Assembly (NCBI GenBank): GCA_965227295.1
Contig: OZ245742.1
Coordinates: forward strand, 3,392,001-3,456,000
DNA: 64,000 bases
Source: Leptonemataceae bacterium
GTDB lineage: Bacteria > Spirochaetota > Leptospiria > Leptospirales > Leptonemataceae
Direction: 5' to 3'
Numbering within the stretch: the stretch's first letter is position 1; every line of letters begins with the position of its first letter. The translations under genes were made by a program, and so were the position numbers. Of this stretch, positions 1-9,777 are shown piece after piece. The notes beneath the pieces were generated by a model. The model saw nothing but the letters and a program-made list of their open reading frames with translations, had not been told where the DNA came from and did no database searches.

Positions 1-693
1 GTTTCGGCCTTACTCGATTTGAATGGAGACGGTACCTTCGATGCGATCGACGTAAACGGAGACGGGAGCGGCGAGGCATTCTTGTGCGAGCGCGGCGGTC
101 TCACAAGCGAAGTCGATTGCGGCGGCTCTCCGCTCAGTGTAATCGCCGGCGGCTTTGATGCGGACGGCGACGGTGTCGTGGACATTAGTTTTCAGAGTTC
201 CAGTACGACCGATTCGACGACAGACTCCGGCGGCGATTCCGGCGGAACTCCGGCCACTCCCGCGGCGAAGTTCATCTTTGTTACCGACCTGTCCTGGAAC
301 GGCAACCTCGGCGGTTTGTCCGGCGCCGATGCGAAGTGCAACGCCGACGCGGCGAAACCGGATAGCTCCACCTACAAAGCCCTGGTCTACGGGAACGCCG
401 CGCTCGCAGCCAGCCAGGAGTACAAACGTACCGACGGCACCGTCGTGTTTACCACGGACGCCTCCGCGAACGTGCCCGCATCCATCGATGTCGCGCTGGA
501 TACTTCCGCCGTGAAGCGCGCGTGGACGGGGGAGGCGGGGAACGACTGCAACGCCTGGACCACGGCCGGGGCGTTTATGGGTTCCCCCTACGGACGCACC
601 GGTCGCTCCGATCTCAGCACCACGTCCTGGTTTGCGGCCACGATCGATTCGTGCAACTTTCTGAACTTTCGGCTCTATTGTGTGGCTCAGTAA
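1..693 (+). CDS. DUF1554 (Leptospira endostatin-like, Len-type) domain protein with N-terminal DxNGDG Ca-binding-like repeats; 5' end lies outside the window
   Basis: Frame is open from base 1. DLNGDG/DVNGDG/DADGDG repeats, Ser/Thr/Gly linker, then FIFVT...NGNLGGLSGADAKC...YKAL...WTG...C..WT...LYCV, typical of DUF1554. Confidence 0.8.
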   Translation, partial: VSALLDLNGDGTFDAIDVNGDGSGEAFLCERGGLTSEVDCGGSPLSVIAGGFDADGDGVVDISFQSSSTTDSTTDSGGDSGGTPATPAAKFIFVTDLSWNGNLGGLSGADAKCNADAAKPDSSTYKALVYGNAALAASQEYKRTDGTVVFTTDASANVPASIDVALDTSAVKRAWTGEAGNDCNAWTTAGAFMGSPYGRTGRSDLSTTSWFAATIDSCNFLNFRLYCVAQ

Positions 694-710
694 CTTTTAG
701 AAAGGCACAT

Positions 711-1694
711 CTAAGATTGTTCGTAGTGACAGTAGAGACGTTCCCGGCGATCCATGCGCCGATATACGCAACCGTCGTCCAGGATTTCGGTGTTGCGGTA
801 AACGCGGCGTTCGTCGCGCCGCAGATAGGCGGGGCAGAAGTCCCGATCCCGACTGCCGCTGCTCGTAAATCCGTTCAGGGATCGCCGGCCCCGGGCGCCG
901 GGCCGGTAACCGCAGCCGCCCTGGAACACACCGGCTGCCTCCTGCCATTCCGGTTCCCGGCGCAGGCGAACCAGTTCGTAGAGCAGGGTTTCACTCAGTT
1001 CCAGGCGAAAGTCTTCGTCACGGCGGCGTGCAAGTTCCGATAGCATGTGTTCAATCACCGTTGCGCCTTCCTGTTCCGCCGTCCGGCGAAACAGCATGGA
1101 GCGCAGGGTATTGGCGCGTACGGTTTCGATGCCTCTGCCCGTGGGAATCCAGTAGAAGGGCGTTCCTGTGGGGAGTTCGTCCCGGAGCGTTCGCAGTTCT
1201 CGCCGATCGCCCCAGGCATCGCCGGGACGCAGGACCATCATCGCATCGAAGGTGCCTCTGCGTTCGAGGAATACCTGGAGCGCCGGCAGCAGTCGTCGCC
1301 CGTCTACCACGAGTAGCCGTTTACGATAGCCGAGGCGCGCGGCCGCCGCGTCGAAGGCGTCGGCCGGAGCCGGTGGTTCGGCGTTAGCATTGCCGCGGTA
1401 AGTCATGACGTTGTAGCCGCCGGCCTGTAGCTGCGACACAACATCGTCGAGTTCACGGGTTCCGTCTGCGGTGGTGGGCAGATAAAAGAACATGTGGTCC
1501 AGTCCGGGACGGCGCCGCACATAGTAGCCGCTGCTTTCGTTGCCGCTGGTCCGCAGCCATTTTCGCGCATCGCCGGTGTTGCCCGGCTCCGGTGCGGATA
1601 GATCGAGGCAGGCCGGGGCGGTTCCGGCGGCGGCGCAGACGAGCAGCACGAGGATCGCGTGATTAAGTTTTAGACAAAGAAACTTAAGGATCAT
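711..1694 (-). CDS. hypothetical exported or lipo-protein
   Basis: 327-aa ORF with hydrophobic N-terminus ending TAPAC; ATGA overlap with the upstream SpoIIE gene; Cys-rich C-terminus. Confidence 0.6.
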   Translation of the reverse strand: MILKFLCLKLNHAILVLLVCAAAGTAPACLDLSAPEPGNTGDARKWLRTSGNESSGYYVRRRPGLDHMFFYLPTTADGTRELDDVVSQLQAGGYNVMTYRGNANAEPPAPADAFDAAAARLGYRKRLLVVDGRRLLPALQVFLERRGTFDAMMVLRPGDAWGDRRELRTLRDELPTGTPFYWIPTGRGIETVRANTLRSMLFRRTAEQEGATVIEHMLSELARRRDEDFRLELSETLLYELVRLRREPEWQEAAGVFQGGCGYRPGARGRRSLNGFTSSGSRDRDFCPAYLRRDERRVYRNTEILDDGCVYRRMDRRERLYCHYEQS

Positions 1695-2989
1695 TTCCGG
1701 CGCACAAGCAGGATGGTCATATCGTCCGGCAGCGGCTCGTCCTCCCGGAAACGGTCGACGGCCTCGCCGAGTCCCCGGTGAATTTCCTGGAGCGGAGCCG
1801 ACTGATGTTCCTGAACGTAGCGCATCATGCGCTCTTCGCCGAAGAGATCCTCGGCGGCGTTCTGGACCTCGCTGTAACCATCGGAAAAAGCCAGCAGCAG
1901 ATCGCCGGGATTCAGTTGCACCTCGCCCTGGCGAAAGGGGATGGGCGCGAGACCCAACACCGGCCCGGTGCGTTCCAGTTCTTCGGACTCACCGTTCGCG
2001 CGAATGACGAAGGGCGGCGGATGTCCGGCCACGACATACTTACACGAACTGCCGTCGGCGGCGATGCGCAGGGCGAAGACCGTAATGAAACGGCCGACGA
2101 CGAGGGTGTCCGTGAGGTGTTCGTTGAGTTTGTTGAAGAGCGTTTCCAGGTCGTCGTCGGTTTGCGATAGAAGATGGTAGCCGGTGTGAAAATCTGAAAC
2201 GATCAGCGCCGCGGGCAGACCCTTGCCGGAGACGTCGGCCAGGACCGCATCCACGCTGCCGTCCGGACGCCGGATGTAGGTGTAATAGTCGCCGCCGACT
2301 TCTTTGGCCGGAGTGGAAGAGCCGTAGATTTCGTAGCCCGCGGGATCGGGAACGCTTTTCGGGAACAGGTTGCTCTGAATTTCGGCGCAGAGTTGCATCT
2401 CGAGATCGAAGGCCTTTTGTTGCAGACGCAGTTGGTGCAACTTCGCGTTCTGAATCGCCAGCGCCGCCTGCCGGGCGAAGCCTTCCACCAGGGCTTCGTC
2501 GTCGCTTTCGAAGGTGAGATTGCCGCGGCGGTTCATGACCTGCACGGTGCCGATGATGGTATCGTCCGCGACGAGCGGGGTGCAGAGATACGCGGTGGTG
2601 GTCTGTCCGAGAGCGTGATCGATTTTTTCGTAGAAACGTTCGTCGTTGTGGATATCGTCCACACGTTCGGTTTTGCCGGTGAGGGCGACGGTGCCGGCCA
2701 CACCCTTGCCCAGGGGCACGGAAAGGTTTTTGAGTTTGTCGAAGTTCGGGTCCGTGCTTTCGAGGAACTCGAGGCGGGTGCCCTCGTCGTTGATGAGCGC
2801 GATCGAGGCGATCTCCGCGTCCAGGAGTTCGCAGGCGGTGACCAGGGTATAGTGGAGAACCCTCTCCAGATCCAGGGAGGAATTCAAGAGCGAGAACGAT
2901 TTCACCAGGGCGCGGAGTCGTCGCAGCTCGGTGACCATCGCGTCCGGCTCCATGCTTTCCGGTGGTTTTTCATTTTCGCGGGTATTCAT
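1691..2989 (-). CDS. GAF-domain PP2C/SpoIIE (RsbU-like) serine phosphatase
   Basis: GAF region (NKFDE-like NRR...F..DD) followed by EVGGDYY, ADVSGKG, AGHPPP, FSDG and DDMT motifs. Confidence 0.92.
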   Translation of the reverse strand: MNTRENEKPPESMEPDAMVTELRRLRALVKSFSLLNSSLDLERVLHYTLVTACELLDAEIASIALINDEGTRLEFLESTDPNFDKLKNLSVPLGKGVAGTVALTGKTERVDDIHNDERFYEKIDHALGQTTTAYLCTPLVADDTIIGTVQVMNRRGNLTFESDDEALVEGFARQAALAIQNAKLHQLRLQQKAFDLEMQLCAEIQSNLFPKSVPDPAGYEIYGSSTPAKEVGGDYYTYIRRPDGSVDAVLADVSGKGLPAALIVSDFHTGYHLLSQTDDDLETLFNKLNEHLTDTLVVGRFITVFALRIAADGSSCKYVVAGHPPPFVIRANGESEELERTGPVLGLAPIPFRQGEVQLNPGDLLLAFSDGYSEVQNAAEDLFGEERMMRYVQEHQSAPLQEIHRGLGEAVDRFREDEPLPDDMTILLVRRK

Positions 2990-3639
2990 TCGTTGTCGGT
3001 TCCGCGCAGGGAGGGGGGCACGTAGTAGACTTGCGCCGAGGCCACCTGCACCAGTTCGTGCGTTTCAAGGACGTATGCTGACAGACCACGTCCGTAGACG
3101 CAACCCGAATCCAGGCCGAAAGTACGCTGGCGCAAATTCAAACCCGCCCGGGCCCAGTGGCCGTAGAACACCGGGCGCGCGCCCTCGTAAAAATCGTACC
3201 ACGGCGGATTTTCAGGATCGTTCATGTTTTTACCACTGCCGTCCCAGGTGCGGATGTTCAGGAGCACGCGCGGCTCCGTATCTTTCGGATGGGTATGCGG
3301 CTGCAGGCCGGCGTGCACCGCGAGAAAGGTGTCTTCCTCTATGAACAACGGTCGTTCTTTAATCCAGCGGTGTCGTTCGTCGCCGAGTTCCCGGCGCATC
3401 TTTCCGAAGTGTTCCGAGGTCGGATGATGTTTCAGATACTCGTACTCGTGGTTGCCCATGAGGCACTCGAAACCCTGTTCCATGACGAAGGCCACCGTAC
3501 CCGCGGAGTCCGGACCACGGTTGATGAGATCGCCGAGCATGATCACCCGGTCTTGCGCGGACACGTCCAGGGTGCGGATCATTTCGCGCAGTTCGGCGGA
3601 ACAACCGTGCACGTCACCGATGAAGATCGTACGACTCAT
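2986..3639 (-). CDS. calcineurin-like metallophosphoesterase (ApaH/PrpA-like)
   Basis: GDVHGC, GDLINRG, GNHE, HAG, GH and DSGCVYG motifs. Confidence 0.9.
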   Translation of the reverse strand: MSRTIFIGDVHGCSAELREMIRTLDVSAQDRVIMLGDLINRGPDSAGTVAFVMEQGFECLMGNHEYEYLKHHPTSEHFGKMRRELGDERHRWIKERPLFIEEDTFLAVHAGLQPHTHPKDTEPRVLLNIRTWDGSGKNMNDPENPPWYDFYEGARPVFYGHWARAGLNLRQRTFGLDSGCVYGRGLSAYVLETHELVQVASAQVYYVPPSLRGTDNE

Positions 3640-3643
3640 GATC

Positions 3644-4627
3644 CTATATCCAGTCGACCGGATTGCGCAGCACGTTCAGGATTTCTTCTTCGCGCGAACC
3701 CGGTTCCGGTTCGAAGTTGTAGTGCCAGGCCACCAGGGGCGGCAGCGACATGAGGATCGATTCGATGCGTCCGCCGGTGCGCAGCCCGAAGGTCGTGCCG
3801 CGATCGTAGATTAAGTTGAACTCCACGTAACGTCCGCGCTTCCAGAGCTGGAAGTTGCGCTCCCGCTCGCTGTACTCGAGGCCGCTGCGTCGTTCTACGA
3901 TCGGCACGTAACTTTCCAGGAAGTTCCGCCCGGCGTCCCGGCTGAAGGCGAAGACTTCTTCGTGCTGATCGTCCAGGTAATCGTAAAAGATGCCGCCGAT
4001 CCCGCGGGCCTCTCCCCGATGTGCAAGATGAAAGTACTCATCGCACTGCATTTTGAGTGTATCGTAGTCCACCACGTCGCGGTGTCGATCGCAGGCGTGT
4101 TTGTAGGCGCGATGGAACTGTCGCGCGTCCTCCGGATAGAGATAGTGCGGGGTAAGATCGGCACCGCCGCCGAACCAGAGCCGCTCCGGTTCCTCCGCGG
4201 GCCCGCGCCGGATGATGCGAAAGTTCGCGTGCACCGTGGGTACGTGGGGATTGCGCGGATGCAGGACCAGGGAGATACCGCTGGCCCGAAACTCTCGCGA
4301 TTGGCCGGGCATTTGCGCCGCGAATTCCTCGGTGAACGTTCCATGCACGTCGCTCCAGTTCACGCCGCCTTTTTCAAAGATGCGTCCGTCGGCGAGGACC
4401 CGGGTGCGACCGCCGCCGCCGAGTTGCAGTCGAGAACTGCCGTCGCCCTGCCAGAGGTCTTCCTGGAACTGCGCGGGCGCCGTTTGCTCCGAGATGCCGG
4501 CGTCCACTGCCTGGCCGGGAACGTGAATGCCGGCCTCGCGCTCCAATCGCTCCAGCTCCGTCGTGATTTCCTCCTGGAGGTCGCGATAAAATGCGCTTGC
4601 GGTATCGAAAAATTCGTCGAAATTCAT
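3644..4627 (-). CDS. hemF: oxygen-dependent coproporphyrinogen III oxidase
   Basis: FEKGGVN.S, HPRNPHVPTVHANFR, WFGGGADLTP, RGIGGIFYD, RGRYVEFNL.YDRGT.FGL. Confidence 0.97.
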   Translation of the reverse strand: MNFDEFFDTASAFYRDLQEEITTELERLEREAGIHVPGQAVDAGISEQTAPAQFQEDLWQGDGSSRLQLGGGGRTRVLADGRIFEKGGVNWSDVHGTFTEEFAAQMPGQSREFRASGISLVLHPRNPHVPTVHANFRIIRRGPAEEPERLWFGGGADLTPHYLYPEDARQFHRAYKHACDRHRDVVDYDTLKMQCDEYFHLAHRGEARGIGGIFYDYLDDQHEEVFAFSRDAGRNFLESYVPIVERRSGLEYSERERNFQLWKRGRYVEFNLIYDRGTTFGLRTGGRIESILMSLPPLVAWHYNFEPEPGSREEEILNVLRNPVDWI

Positions 4628-4634
4628 ATCAGCA

Positions 4635-5996
4635 ATGAAGCGAGATCAAGATCATCATACAGGCGTCGTCTCGAAAACGAAAAATTTTTCAGCAACAACC
4701 CGGCTATTCCGAAACGGACCCTTTGCCGGCGTTCTCATCGCTGCGCTGCTCGGCAGCGCATGTTCAACCGAAATCAGCAACGATCGCGCGGATCGGGAGC
4801 TGCTGGTCAACGAGGCCTTGGCCGCCACACTCTCCTCGACGCCTTTCGTCGCCGTGTATCCGTCTTCGGGTTCCGTGTCCGTCGGCGGTTCGGCGAATCG
4901 CACGTTTTCCTACACGCCGGGCTGTAGCGGCGCGGCCGGCAATACGGCGTACTGGTTTGCGGTAAAACCGGGCAGCGCCACGAAGGTCCTCTTCTATTTT
5001 GCGGACGGCGGCCTCTGTTTCGATGCGAAGAATTGCTTCGGCAACTTTACGAAGACCTACTATCACACCCACGATTTCTACGTGCCGTGGTACATCGATC
5101 TCGAAAAACCAGGCGGCTTTTTTGCCGAGACCTCGGATACTTCCGTGAATCCGCTCGCGGACTGGACGATCGTCTACATGCCCAATTGTACCGGCGACGC
5201 CTTCATGGGCAACAACAGCTCCGCCGCTTATACGAACACCACGACGGGCGTCACGGAGACGATCCGTCACTCCGGCTTCGACAATTTCCTGGCCGGCCTC
5301 GACTACCTGCAGGGCAACTACCCCGGTGCAACCCAGGTCCTGGTGGCCTCGGAGGGTTCCGGGTTGTTCGGGGCGATCCTCGGCTATCCGTACGTCAAAG
5401 AATTCTATTCCAGTTCGGATGTGAATTTCCTGGCGACCTCCTTCGTCGGCGTCCTGGATTCGAATCTGGCCACGAGCATCCGTTCCAACTGGTTGCCGGC
5501 CAACGGGATTCCGACCTGGATCTTCGCGGATGAGGATACCTTCTTTTCGAATTCGATTCCCGGCATGGTCAACACCATCGCCGGCACGTACACCACACAG
5601 CGCTTTGCAATGTACTCCACGGCCTACGATGCGGAGCAGACTTACATCTACAGCCTTTCCCTTGATACAACCGGCACCCCGTACGTGGACTTACCCGGTC
5701 TCTGGGGTTCGCCGGATCTTGTGAGTGATGAGCGCGTGTGTACGTTTAACAGCACCGCGGCGGGTCTCATGAACAACAACACCGGCCAGTCGAACTTTCA
5801 TTACTACTTTGCTCCGGGCGAAACGAGCGGCATCCTGGGAGAGTCGTACTACTCGACGATGTCCTCGAACGGTACGGCCTTTTCGACCTGGGTCACTCAA
5901 TTCCTGAACAACGACTCTGCCTGGACGTCCATCGGCTGCACCGATTGCGGCGTGCCGCTTTCGAACTTCACCGGCACCACGTTGCAGTGTAATTAG
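4635..5996 (+). CDS. pectinacetylesterase/Notum-fold lipoprotein with apparently degenerate catalytic residues
   Basis: Lipobox LGSAC; F..GG.C, NP..DW..VY.P.CTGD..MG and H.G..N motifs of the PAE family. Confidence 0.7.
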   Translation: MKRDQDHHTGVVSKTKNFSATTRLFRNGPFAGVLIAALLGSACSTEISNDRADRELLVNEALAATLSSTPFVAVYPSSGSVSVGGSANRTFSYTPGCSGAAGNTAYWFAVKPGSATKVLFYFADGGLCFDAKNCFGNFTKTYYHTHDFYVPWYIDLEKPGGFFAETSDTSVNPLADWTIVYMPNCTGDAFMGNNSSAAYTNTTTGVTETIRHSGFDNFLAGLDYLQGNYPGATQVLVASEGSGLFGAILGYPYVKEFYSSSDVNFLATSFVGVLDSNLATSIRSNWLPANGIPTWIFADEDTFFSNSIPGMVNTIAGTYTTQRFAMYSTAYDAEQTYIYSLSLDTTGTPYVDLPGLWGSPDLVSDERVCTFNSTAAGLMNNNTGQSNFHYYFAPGETSGILGESYYSTMSSNGTAFSTWVTQFLNNDSAWTSIGCTDCGVPLSNFTGTTLQCN

Positions 5997-6167
5997 ACTC
6001 CGAGGACCGAGGGACCGAGGTTGGTGTGGAGAGCTATCGTGATGAGCCTGTGTTCATGCTATGAATGCATCCAACTCTTTGATTAGAGAACCCTGGCATT
6101 CATAGCTCGCAAGCATTCAGACCGAAATAACCCTCCGAAAAACCTCGGTACCTCGGTCCTCGGAGTC
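5996..6167. repeat. inverted-repeat element, family B copy 1 (27-bp arms, 1 mismatch)
   Basis: GACTCCGAGGACCGAGGGACCGAGGTT (5996-6022) ... AACCTCGGTACCTCGGTCCTCGGAGTC (6141-6167); inner pair GCTATGAATGC/GCATTCATAGC. Confidence 0.9.
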
Positions 6168-6177
6168 CAAATCAATC

Positions 6178-7257
6178 TCACACCACCACAATCGAAGTCG
6201 CCGCCCGCCGCAAACGATCGTTGATGGCCCGGCCGAGGCCGGACTCCGGTAACGTCTCGGCCACGATCAAACCGTACTCACCGTCGTCGATGCGTTCGAA
6301 AAAAGAGAACAGGTTACGCGCGGCCTCGAGCAGATCGTGATCCGGCGATAGATTGAACGCCGCCGCGCAGTATTCCGGCACGGACCGGCTGCCGTAACCG
6401 AGGTATGCGACGGCATTGCGGCCGGGATTGAGCCGGTCCACCGCCGCTTCAATGCGCTCGCGTTCTTCACCGCCCGTACCGGCGTCGCCGGAGATTAAGA
6501 GCAGGGGCACGCCGGGAGCGTAGTGCGAGGACAACTGTCCCGGTGATTCGATGGTTTCGAAGATGGCGCCCGCCGCCTCACTGCGATCGCCGGTATCGCC
6601 GGCGGCTTCCTGTCTTTCGATGACGTCAAAGCCCCGGGCCCGGAGGACTTCCTCGGTCACACCACCGGGGCGCAGAATTTCCAGGCGCGCGCCGTCGCGC
6701 ACGGCCACCACCGTGGACTCCACGCCGATCTCGCAGGGACCGCCGTCGAGAACACCGGCCACGGCATCGCCGAGATCGTGCAGCGCCATGGCCGCCGTCG
6801 TCGGCGAGCGCCGGCCGAAACGATTCGCGGAAGGGGCCGCTAAGGGGCGATCACAAGAAGTTAGCAATTCGTTGAGCAGCGGGTGCCGCGGGACGCGAAA
6901 GCCGCACAGCGGCGAACCCGCGGTGACGATGCCGGGAATACGGCCTTCGTGCGGAAGCAGTACGGTGAGCGGGCCGGGCCAGAATTCCGCCAGGCGTTCG
7001 GCGATATCCGAGTGTCGCGCGTAACGAAAGACGGCGTCGGCGTCGGGCAGATGGCAGATGATGGGATTGAACCGCGGCCGGCCCTTGGCTTCGAAGATGT
7101 GCGCGACGGCGTCCTCGTTCAGCGCGTCGGCGGCCAGGCCGTAGACCGTTTCGGTGGGCACGATGACGAGCCGGCCCGCGCGAATGCACTGTGCGGCCTG
7201 GCGCACGCTGAGTTGTGGATCGGTGCGGCTCACGTTCGTCCACCGATGCAGCAGCAC
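6178..7257 (-). CDS. tsaC: L-threonylcarbamoyladenylate synthase (Sua5-type, with C-terminal SUA5 domain)
   Basis: PTETVYGL, K.RP..NP.I.H, FWPGPLT, AAPSAN, G.ESTV, SPG.L..HYAP, GLG.AINDRL.RA. Confidence 0.95.
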   Translation of the reverse strand: MLLHRWTNVSRTDPQLSVRQAAQCIRAGRLVIVPTETVYGLAADALNEDAVAHIFEAKGRPRFNPIICHLPDADAVFRYARHSDIAERLAEFWPGPLTVLLPHEGRIPGIVTAGSPLCGFRVPRHPLLNELLTSCDRPLAAPSANRFGRRSPTTAAMALHDLGDAVAGVLDGGPCEIGVESTVVAVRDGARLEILRPGGVTEEVLRARGFDVIERQEAAGDTGDRSEAAGAIFETIESPGQLSSHYAPGVPLLLISGDAGTGGEERERIEAAVDRLNPGRNAVAYLGYGSRSVPEYCAAAFNLSPDHDLLEAARNLFSFFERIDDGEYGLIVAETLPESGLGRAINDRLRRAATSIVVV

Positions 7258-7258
7258 G

Positions 7259-8488
7259 TTATTCCGGCAACATGACGGCCTGGAGCATGGGGCCGCTCAG
7301 GGTCCGTCGTGCTTGTTCGAGTACGTCGTCGACCGTGATGGAATCGATTTCGCGGAGGGCCTTCGAGACGGGGTTCTCCGTTTCGCCGCGCAGAAAGGGG
7401 ACACTGATCATGCTGCCCATTCCGTTGGAGGTCTCCGACTTCGCCGCGATCGAAGTACGCAGCGATGCCTTGCCGCGTTCCAGGCGGTCGACGCCCAGGG
7501 GCGTGTCGCAGATCCGTTCGATTTGTTGCAGGACTTCTTTGTGCAGATCGTCGAGTTCGTTCGGCGCGATGCCGCAGGCAATGCCGAGAACCGCGAAGGG
7601 ATTGTTGCGCATGACGAACGAATAGATGCCGTAGCAGGACATGCCCAGTTCTTCGCGCACGCGCTCGAAGAGCAGCGCCGAATCGTTGCCGCCGAGCAGG
7701 TAACACATCATGTCTTCTTTGTAGCGATCCGGATGCATGGGCGGCAGGGCCGGAAAATACAACTGGTAATAAGCTTCCTGAATACCCGGCTTCGTGAGCT
7801 GGATTTTTCCCGCGCTGACGTCCGCGCTGCGCGTCGGCGGTGCCTCGGTGGCCGGCGTCGGTCCGAAGAGGTCTTTGACGATGCGATGGACGGTCTCCTC
7901 GTCCACGCCGCCGGTGATGCTGATCATCATGTTGTTGCCGCCGTAGTAGCGATCCTTGAAGGCATGCATGCCCTCGACGGTGGCGCCGCGGATCGTTTCC
8001 TCGGTACCGATGATGGGATGATAAACATCGCCGAAGAACTTTTCCAGCGAACGTTCGCCGAGAAAGGAGTCCGGATCGTCCTCGCGTTCGCGGTACTCGC
8101 TCAGGATGGGATTCAGTTCTTTGGCGAACTCGTCCGGGGGAAACAGAGGATTGCGGTACATGTCCGCGAGAATGTCGAAGCCGAGGGAGAAGTGATCGTT
8201 CAGCACGGTGATGTAGTAGACCGTGTGATCGTACGTGGTGTAGGCGTTCAGTTTGCCGCCGATGTCGTTGGCCGCGCGGGAGATGCCCGTGCCCGTGGGA
8301 CGTTTCTTCGAGCCCTTGAAGAACATGTGTTCGAGGATATGGGCCATGCCCATGTTGCTCTTTTCCTCCGCCGCGGAGCCGACGTTCGTGAGGATTTGAA
8401 TGTTCGTTAAGAAGCTTTCGTTGTGATAGTGCAGCACACGCACGCCGTTGATTTCGTAGAGCTGCGGGTCTTTCGTCGCGACAATCAT
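7259..8488 (-). CDS. M16 family (pitrilysin-like) zinc peptidase
   Basis: Inverted zincin HILEHM.FKG, NAYT, LF..VRE..G..Y. Confidence 0.93.
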   Translation of the reverse strand: MIVATKDPQLYEINGVRVLHYHNESFLTNIQILTNVGSAAEEKSNMGMAHILEHMFFKGSKKRPTGTGISRAANDIGGKLNAYTTYDHTVYYITVLNDHFSLGFDILADMYRNPLFPPDEFAKELNPILSEYREREDDPDSFLGERSLEKFFGDVYHPIIGTEETIRGATVEGMHAFKDRYYGGNNMMISITGGVDEETVHRIVKDLFGPTPATEAPPTRSADVSAGKIQLTKPGIQEAYYQLYFPALPPMHPDRYKEDMMCYLLGGNDSALLFERVREELGMSCYGIYSFVMRNNPFAVLGIACGIAPNELDDLHKEVLQQIERICDTPLGVDRLERGKASLRTSIAAKSETSNGMGSMISVPFLRGETENPVSKALREIDSITVDDVLEQARRTLSGPMLQAVMLPE

Positions 8489-8603
8489 AGAGAGTCAGGA
8501 TAGCGAGACCGGCCCGCGGCGTCATGCAGGAATCGACGGTTTTTCCGGGCGCGACGAGCGCGAGAGAGCTTGCGTGACGGCCGTCGCGAAAAATTCTGAC
8601 GGC

Positions 8604-8987
8604 ATGGACTCACGCATCTTTCTCGTTCTGGCCGGCCTCAGCGGGGCCTGCGCCGTCGCCCTCGGAGCCTACGGCGCCCACGCCGTCGGCCGTGGTTCGG
8701 AGTTGTATCCGATCTTCAGCACCGCGTCATCGTATCACTTTTATCATACGATTGCGCTCGTTGCTGCGGCGCTGCTGCTCGACCGGTTAAACGGTTCCTG
8801 GGCGCGCCGCTTTCTGCTCGCGGCGGCCGTGTTGTTTGTCGTGGGCATTGTGCTGTTCGCGGGTTCGCTGTATGTAAACGCGCTCTCCGGCGGCGAATCA
8901 TCCACCCGCTTCGCGCCGATCGGCGGGACCTCGTTCATTGTGGGTTGGTTGTGTTTGGCGATTGCGGGAGCTTTGAAGAGGTCATAA
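8604..8987 (+). CDS. DUF423 (YgdD/TMEM256) membrane protein
   Basis: A.GAYGAH, Y.FYH, G..LF.GSLY, AP.GG...I.GW. Confidence 0.9.
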   Translation: MDSRIFLVLAGLSGACAVALGAYGAHAVGRGSELYPIFSTASSYHFYHTIALVAAALLLDRLNGSWARRFLLAAAVLFVVGIVLFAGSLYVNALSGGESSTRFAPIGGTSFIVGWLCLAIAGALKRS

Positions 8988-9675
8988 CCAGGTTTCCCTG
9001 TTCCGGGCAATCGGGACGGGGCAGCAACTCGTAGACGTAGCCGCCTGTTTCGTGCTCGGGGAGCAGGTTTACGTAGCATGCATCCAGTCGGGATCGCGCC
9101 GCGGCAAAGTAGTGCGTGAACTCCCGGTGGTATGGGATGGCCACATACCGGGCGCCGCTCCGGCGAAAGTCTTCGATGTCCGCGAGCAGCTTCTCCTGCG
9201 CACCGGACGGTACGAACAGTACGTCGCCGCCGATGGGTACGGCCGGGGTGACGGCGAGGTAGCCGCCACGTTCGGCGAAGTAGAAGACCTCGGTGCGGGG
9301 CATGCGATCGACGTAGACGATATCGGCCTCCCCGTCCGTAACATTGCGCAATCGCTCCGCGAAGTTCGCGTAGAAGGGATCCACCGTAAGTTTCTCCGAG
9401 ACCTTGATCAGTGAATAACCCGTCATGAAGACGAGCAGTACGGCGTGGGCGGCGAAGATCAGCCGGCGCCTTTTCGAAAAAAGATGCGGCACCCGATCCA
9501 GATACGCTCCCATTACGACGCAGGCCGGCACCAGAAACGGAAGCTGGTAGTACTCGTGGACCAGGTTCGGTGTGATGAACGCGATCGCGAAGCCGAGCAC
9601 GGCCGCCATCCATATGTAAAAAATCCAGCGTCGGTGCGAACGAATTCGGCCGCGTCGCTGATTGGGGGCCCGAGG
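8935..9675 (-). pseudogene. probable 5'-truncated ArnT/PMT (GT-C) glycosyltransferase remnant
   Basis: The frame upstream of the ATG continues as hydrophobic RRWIFYIW. The HEYYQLP motif, two TM helices and periplasmic tail resemble only the C-terminal part of GT-C enzymes. Confidence 0.5.
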
Positions 9676-9777
9676 CTAACCGACCTGGCGTTCCCGCACA
9701 AGCCGCAGGGAATCACAGGGCGTTTTCGAGGAATCAGATGCACGTGCGCGGAGTGATGTGCGTCCCGACCAGGAGTT

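Noticed and set aside
5996..6167. Possible CRISPR mini-array
   Set aside because: Repeats are inverted rather than direct, there are no regular spacers, and no cas genes are in the window
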